In this document: one piece after another, positions 28,058-33,245 of the stretch
How positions within the stretch are numbered: the stretch's first letter is position 1
Layout of the letters: every line of letters starts with the position of its first letter
The notes under the pieces: model-generated
What the model was told of the DNA's origin: nothing
The model's database searches: none
The model's input: only the letters and a program-made list of their open reading frames with translations
Origin: Proteobacteria bacterium UBA6915
GTDB taxonomy: Bacteria; Pseudomonadota; Gammaproteobacteria; UBA6915
Direction: 5' to 3'
Length of the DNA: 33,245 nt
Assembly: GCA_002450975.1 (NCBI GenBank)
Contig: DKAX01000154.1
Location: 20,554 to 53,798 of the forward strand
Made by a program: the position numbers and the translations under genes

Positions 28058-30943
28058 TTAGTAGGAGGCACCGATGGTCCAATAGGATTGAAGTTCGCCA
28101 TCTGTATCGAAGCCTTTTGCGAGACCGATGCGCAGATCAAGCAAGAAGCTGTAAAAAAATACGGTCTCCATATGAAGTTCGATACCCGCGCCACGACGTA
28201 TCTCTTCGCTGGAAAATTGTTCATGCCAGACAGAGCCTGCATCGAAAAAGAACTTACCATGCACCCGGTGTAGGCCGACCGGTGGTATCATCAATCCGCG
28301 TTCAATGTGACCAGCGAGAAAGCGCCACTCCAGAGAGGCCAGCGCCATGCGACGGTCCATGAGGGCGGGCAGCCCCTCTGCATAGCCACGTAGTGCAAAA
28401 TGACGTTTGCCGAATAGTTCTCCAGGGTGGTTATACAGTAATCCTTCGTTTACGCCTTCTCCCAATTCCGTCAGTGGGCCGCCCAAATGAAACAGCCGTG
28501 CTGTTTTATTCGCCCAGCCCAGGGCCAGGCGTCCGGCCAGAGATTGATACTTGCTAAGTCCTGAAAAGATTCTCAGGTCGCCATAGTAGACATTGCCGCT
28601 GTAGCTCTGGTCGTTGATATAGTCTTGCGCGGCGCCCTTCAGGGTTATGCCTTGTTGGGGGCCTATTGCTCGCGGATAGTACTTACTGCTATTAAAACGC
28701 AAACCCAAGCCAGCCAATTGGACCTGATTTTGTTCACCAATCTGCGTCAAATCGAGATCATGCTGACTGTAATCCGTCAGCTCATAACCCAGATGCAGGC
28801 TCGCCTGTTGTTGCAAGCTCAACAAGGGATAAACCAATTCGGCGAACAGCGAACGTTGCGTGTCATAACCGACTAGCTCCATGTCGCCATTCAGGACATC
28901 AGTTTGTGTGTTACTTAACCCGAGTTTTACAGCGGGGTTGAATCGGTCGTAGACATAGAAAAAATCCATCTGACGCAATCCGCTTTTTTCTCCGTAGCCT
29001 ATATCGAAACCGTAATAGTGACGATCGAGGATATCGCTGCCTGAGGTGGTAAAGCCGTAAACGAGTTGGGAATTTTCAGGATAGATAATGGGAAACCACC
29101 ACTGTGGCGCCAGGCTGTGCCAGGGCGTGTATTTGGTTGTCGGCCAATCGCTGTGGTTGTCGTTTTGCCTGGCTACCTTTACCGCGCTTGCAGGTTTGTC
29201 CGTTGGCAAATTAATTTGCGGTAGCGCCTTGGAATTCATAGGCAGCTCAAACAGGCGGTAACCCGTGTGTGTCAGATTCCGGTATACCAGGAGCGATCCA
29301 TCTTTAGACAGGGCCGGACTGAATGCGCCGCCCAGTACTCGTGTCAGGCGTCGGAGGTTTTTTCCCGACAAGTCGCTGCTGTAGACGTTATAGATACCAT
29401 CAAAATCGGCGCTGAAGACAATGGCGTCACCGGAGGGTGCAAAGCGCGCCTGAGCTTCATTTGACGTCGTTGCCAGCAATGTGCTCCAGGTTTTCGACTC
29501 GCTGTCATACAGTTCGATATCCCAGCGTGTTTGCGGATTCCAGGTGTTCAGCAATAGATAACGTCCGTCTTCCGACCAGGAAATCTGGGAAAAGATTTCG
29601 TCGGCTTTGCCCGTACGCAGGATCGAGTGCACGCTGCCGTCCAGATTCAAGACTTCCAGCCGGTTCTGGCCCAAGGTGTAATGGACTGCGGTGATTTCAT
29701 CCCGTTGCGGACGCCAGGCAGCAAAACGGTAACGGCCTTTTTTGGTCAGTTGCCTCTGCTTTCCTGTATTGGGGTTAACTTGATACAGATCAGTGTAAAC
29801 AAAGGTGTTCTCCAATATTTGTTGTTGCGCCAGCAGTATGCCGTGTTGCGGGCTCAGATCGAATCGATCGCCATAAACCCGGGTTACTGTCTGACGCTGC
29901 CCGCCTTGAGAATCCTGCCGGGTCAGCAGGCTGCCACCGGTAAAATCATTTCGAATGTAAAAAAGCTGTGCGTTGGCGCCGAACAGAGGATTGTCCACCA
30001 GATAGCCGTCGTCGGTGAGCGGGGTGCCTTCGATAATGCCGTCTGCGCGCAGCTGATCTATTTCACTTTGGAAACGCTGTGCCAGGTAGCGCTGATAGTC
30101 GGACCAGAGCTGGGTCAGGTTTTTGCCAAAAACATGGCGGCTGTTTTTATTGATTGAGTAGGGAATCCAGTTATCACTATATTCATCGATATAACGCTTG
30201 ATCGCCTGTTCGCCATAGACGTCACGGATAAACTGAAAAAAATAGACACCGTAAAGGTAGGCTGTGGTGCCAAGAGGCCAATCTGTCATGGGTTGATTGA
30301 CCTGATTAATGGGTTTGACACCGGCAGCGACATCCAGGCGCATATAGGCCCGATAGAGGGCGTCTTGTCCACGGCCTACATTTAGTTGTTCGTCTGTCTC
30401 TATATAGGTAGCAAGCCCCTCCTGAACCCAGCGCGGCTGATACACCGCAGGGAATAGTGCGGGGATCAGCGAAGGCAAACGACCAAAAAGGCCGCGCAGG
30501 CTTTTAGGTATGCCGCTGGCCTTGTCCAGGTGAAGGACGTGGGTGTATTCGTGGACGATCAGCAGTTCCAGCCAATCATCGAAGTTGTCGATAATGCCCA
30601 GATCATCGGGCGGCGCCATATACAACACCATATGGTTGTCCGGTATCACCGAGGTGTAACCGTTGGTAATGTCAAAGGCATCGAGGACCACCACATCCGT
30701 TTTATCGGCAGGCTGCCAGCGGAAATAGTCGCTCAGTCGCGCATGCACGCGTTCAGAAATATTCGCCACCTTGTGCGCCAGTGACTCTTCGCCATCGTGG
30801 TAATGAACCAGAAAATGTTCGCTGTGCAAGGTCTGCCAGGTGAGCGTGTTGTTATAGGTAAAGGCGGCTGGCGCGGGCGTCGAGAATATAAAAGCAGCAA
30901 GCAGCCAAATCTGTTTCAGCAGGCGATTATTGTTTTTATTCAC
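28058..30943 (-). CDS. Zinc-peptidase / TolB-like beta-propeller / Omp85-type barrel outer-membrane protein
   Basis: Signal peptide; HEYTH plus WVQEGLA; propeller repeats (ARFAPSGDAIVFSA, GGAFSPALSKDG); C-terminal LRGY, LEWRF, FFDAG and terminal strand YWTIGASY. Confidence 0.8.
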   Translation of the reverse strand: MNKNNNRLLKQIWLLAAFIFSTPAPAAFTYNNTLTWQTLHSEHFLVHYHDGEESLAHKVANISERVHARLSDYFRWQPADKTDVVVLDAFDITNGYTSVIPDNHMVLYMAPPDDLGIIDNFDDWLELLIVHEYTHVLHLDKASGIPKSLRGLFGRLPSLIPALFPAVYQPRWVQEGLATYIETDEQLNVGRGQDALYRAYMRLDVAAGVKPINQVNQPMTDWPLGTTAYLYGVYFFQFIRDVYGEQAIKRYIDEYSDNWIPYSINKNSRHVFGKNLTQLWSDYQRYLAQRFQSEIDQLRADGIIEGTPLTDDGYLVDNPLFGANAQLFYIRNDFTGGSLLTRQDSQGGQRQTVTRVYGDRFDLSPQHGILLAQQQILENTFVYTDLYQVNPNTGKQRQLTKKGRYRFAAWRPQRDEITAVHYTLGQNRLEVLNLDGSVHSILRTGKADEIFSQISWSEDGRYLLLNTWNPQTRWDIELYDSESKTWSTLLATTSNEAQARFAPSGDAIVFSADFDGIYNVYSSDLSGKNLRRLTRVLGGAFSPALSKDGSLLVYRNLTHTGYRLFELPMNSKALPQINLPTDKPASAVKVARQNDNHSDWPTTKYTPWHSLAPQWWFPIIYPENSQLVYGFTTSGSDILDRHYYGFDIGYGEKSGLRQMDFFYVYDRFNPAVKLGLSNTQTDVLNGDMELVGYDTQRSLFAELVYPLLSLQQQASLHLGYELTDYSQHDLDLTQIGEQNQVQLAGLGLRFNSSKYYPRAIGPQQGITLKGAAQDYINDQSYSGNVYYGDLRIFSGLSKYQSLAGRLALGWANKTARLFHLGGPLTELGEGVNEGLLYNHPGELFGKRHFALRGYAEGLPALMDRRMALASLEWRFLAGHIERGLMIPPVGLHRVHGKFFFDAGSVWHEQFSSEEIRRGAGIELHMETVFFYSFLLDLRIGLAKGFDTDGELQSYWTIGASY

Positions 30944-30960
30944 GATATTCCTAACGTGGC

Positions 30961-32280
30961 TTAAGCGTTCAGGTCTTTGAAGTAGACCTTTGAACGTCTT
31001 TGGTAATTGTAAGTAGCCTGTTTGGCCACCGGTAGCGAGTCGATATCGACGGAATAAAACCCGCGTTCAAGGAACCAGTGAGCGGCTTCCGTCGTGAGTA
31101 CAAACAGTTTGCCGATGCCCGACGAGTTAGCTTTGTGCTCGATATATTGCAATAGCGCCTCTCCACGCCCCTGGTTTCTGTAATTGGTGTGCACGGCCAT
31201 GCAGGCCAGTTCAGCCACAGACTCGTCGGGGAAGGGGTAGAGCGCGGCGCAGGCGATGATCATGCCGTCGCGTTCCATAATGGCGAATCGATCGATCTCC
31301 GTCTCCAGTAATTCACGTGAGCGGCGAACCAATACGCCGCTGGTCTCAAGCGGTGATATTAATTCCAAAATGCCGCCAACGTCGTCGATAGTGGCGTCGC
31401 GTGTGCCTTCATAAATATCGGATGTGATAAGCGTGCCTATGCCATCGCGGGTAAACAGCTCGAGCAGCAGGGCGCCGTTAACCTCGCTATTAAGCAGGTG
31501 AACGCGCCTGACTCCTGCACGTACGGCATCGATGGCGCTGTTAAGCAACGCCTGTTGATCATGGCGTTCGAGCCTACGGCTTTGCAGCAACTCTTTGGCC
31601 TGGGCGATGTTTAATTGTCTGATCAACTCTTTCCCCTGGGTCAGGCCTCCCTTGGCGGAAAGGTAGATTAGCTTATCCGCCTTGAGTGCGGCCGCTGCCG
31701 CAGTGGCACAATCGACCAGGGAGAGGCTGAACAACTCGCCGGTAGGTGAATAACCGATGGTTGATAACAGCACAATACTGCCTTGCTGCAGCTGATTGCC
31801 TATGGCCTGGGTATCCACTCTCCTTACCCGTCCGGTATGGCAATAGTCGATTCCGTTTTTGATACCAATGGGGCGACCGAACAGATGGTTGCCGGAACTG
31901 ACACGAATGTCAGCGCCCGCCATGGGGGAGTTGGCCAGCCCCATGGAAAAGAGCGATTCAATATAAAAACGCTGGCTGCCGGCCTGGTCAGTGATACGGG
32001 CCAGAGCCTGACTGTCTGTGACCACCAACGGTGTTTCCTGGACTGGGTAAATTTCTGATCCGCTTTGCTTCAGTCCGTGCACCAGGACCAGGCGAACCCC
32101 CAGGCTGTTGAGCAGGGCGATATCATGGACAACGGTATGGAATCCGTCACTGGCGATGGCTTCGCCGTCGATTGCAATGACAAAGACGCGGCCGCGAAAG
32201 GCATTGATATAGGGAGAAGAATGCCTGAACCAGTTTACAAAGGTTTGATTTTGCGCGTTTTTGTCTGTGTTAGCGTTCAT
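30961..32280 (-). CDS. argA: Amino-acid N-acetyltransferase (N-acetylglutamate synthase)
   Basis: FRHSSPYINAFRG, DIALLNSLGVRLVLVHG, LLLELFTRDGIGT, LVRRSRELLE, HWFLERGF, YNYQRRSK. Confidence 0.97.
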   Translation of the reverse strand: MNANTDKNAQNQTFVNWFRHSSPYINAFRGRVFVIAIDGEAIASDGFHTVVHDIALLNSLGVRLVLVHGLKQSGSEIYPVQETPLVVTDSQALARITDQAGSQRFYIESLFSMGLANSPMAGADIRVSSGNHLFGRPIGIKNGIDYCHTGRVRRVDTQAIGNQLQQGSIVLLSTIGYSPTGELFSLSLVDCATAAAAALKADKLIYLSAKGGLTQGKELIRQLNIAQAKELLQSRRLERHDQQALLNSAIDAVRAGVRRVHLLNSEVNGALLLELFTRDGIGTLITSDIYEGTRDATIDDVGGILELISPLETSGVLVRRSRELLETEIDRFAIMERDGMIIACAALYPFPDESVAELACMAVHTNYRNQGRGEALLQYIEHKANSSGIGKLFVLTTEAAHWFLERGFYSVDIDSLPVAKQATYNYQRRSKVYFKDLNA

Positions 32281-32485
32281 GTTTATGCGTTTTCGATAAT
32301 TGGGTCAATTTGACGGCTCTATGGCACATTATTCAGCCTCTTTCCCCTTAGTAGCAAGGGATATAGTTGATTATATCTAAATATTAACTTGTTGAATTAT
32401 AAAGATAATCATTTTTCTTGTTTATAACTTGTCCAGGTTCTCCAGTGTTCTCTAAGGTTGTTGAGCAAAAAAGTCAATTTTTTAC

Positions 32486-32513
32486 TTGCCTGAAATCCGA
32501 GTGTTCTGATAAT
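32486..32513 (+). promoter_or_regulatory. Sigma70-like promoter for the small peptide gene
   Basis: TTGCCT-N16-GATAAT with an AT-rich upstream tract. Confidence 0.5.
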
Positions 32514-32592
32514 TTACCTGCGCACTCTGGTATTAGCCGGAGTGATCAGGGGGGCATCATTGCCACAGACAAAACCACTTAGGAGAAGAGCA

Positions 32593-32673
32593 ATGTTCGA
32601 AAACAACGTTACCATTCTGACTTCCATCATCTGCATCGTAAGCGTTGCCGGCTTGATGATCAGCTACATCTAA
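32593..32673 (+). CDS. 26-aa single-pass membrane peptide (not in the ORF track)
   Basis: MFENNVTILTSIICIVSVAGLMISYI*; AGGAG RBS 7 nt upstream; hairpin follows the stop. Confidence 0.65.
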   Translation: MFENNVTILTSIICIVSVAGLMISYI

Positions 32674-32680
32674 TTTGAAT

Positions 32681-32720
32681 ACGGCATTGTGTCGAACTCG
32701 CATTTGCACAATGCCGTTTT
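32681..32720 (+). terminator. Hairpin terminator after the small ORF
   Basis: ACGGCATTGTG-N15-CACAATGCCGT followed by TTTCCTTT. Confidence 0.6.
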
Positions 32721-32864
32721 CCTTTCCGCCTGTTAATTTTCCATAAAGTATACACTTCTTTTTCATATCTATTGGCTTGCGACACTGGCTGTGGTATACC
32801 AAGTCCATTTCCGCATAAATTCATAAATTAAACAGTGGAAAACACCTGGGGACCTAAGGGGGGT

Positions 32865-33245
32865 ATGGTGGTTTTCGGTAAGCGATTCCCGTTGTCTGAA
32901 AACTGGGGTAAGTGCGTCGGCGTGCTATTTGGCTATCCCATTGGCGGTGGCTGGGGCTGCTTGTCCGGACTATTGGTCGGACATTTGTTCGACAAGGTGG
33001 TCGCCATTCGCTTTGGCCGCAGGCGGGCGGCGTTTAAGCACCGCAATATCAGTCAGGAATACTTTTCAACGTCTTTCATTTTGATGGGGTATCTGGCCAG
33101 TGAGCAGGCCTTGTCCCGTCACAATTCCCAAGCCATCGTCACCGTCGCCTTGGAATACATGGGTCTTTCATTGGAGCGTAATATGGCATCGGCCAGTGAG
33201 CTCTACTCCACGGGAACCCGGGATGGCTTGCGTTGGAAGGAGGTC
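32865..33245 (+). CDS. DjlA-like protein, N-terminal part (runs off the window end)
   Basis: Manual translation: MVVFGKRFPLSENWGKCVGVLFGYPIGGGWGCLSGLLVGHLFDK...YFSTSFILMGYLA, resembling the DjlA N-terminus (WGK..G...GG.WG...GLLIGH.FDK...FF..TF..MGHL). Confidence 0.7.
   Translation, partial: MVVFGKRFPLSENWGKCVGVLFGYPIGGGWGCLSGLLVGHLFDKVVAIRFGRRRAAFKHRNISQEYFSTSFILMGYLASEQALSRHNSQAIVTVALEYMGLSLERNMASASELYSTGTRDGLRWKEV

Noticed and set aside
32557-32808. 83-aa minus-strand ORF
   Set aside because: No recognisable features; the opposite strand carries an RBS, a hydrophobic ORF and a terminator.

Overview
Mostly core chromosome of a gammaproteobacterium (inferred from protein similarity and gene order). 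Left to right: truncated mfd; a divergent TetR regulator; an MMPL/RND transporter and a LolA-like sorting protein; an orphan lipoprotein; a short-type pgi; tRNA-Leu(CAA); queA-tgt-yajC-secD-secF; a universal stress protein; a secreted beta-lactamase-fold protein lacking its catalytic SxxK; a split cobalamin-salvage locus (btuC/btuD-like ... btuB-like, PduO-type adenosyltransferase, NhaC-family transporter) interrupted by a ParA-like gene and a Cys-less TusA-like gene; HAD phosphatase/rppH/ptsP; a zinc-peptidase/propeller/Omp85 fusion; argA; and the start of a divergent djlA-like gene. I see no mobile element, CRISPR array or defence system. The best leads are two small genes missing from the ORF track (a 45-aa secreted peptide precursor and a 26-aa membrane peptide), the apparent pseudo-enzymes, and a btuB-like leader with hairpins but no recognisable cobalamin riboswitch. 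All assignments come from reading motifs by eye; no searches were run.
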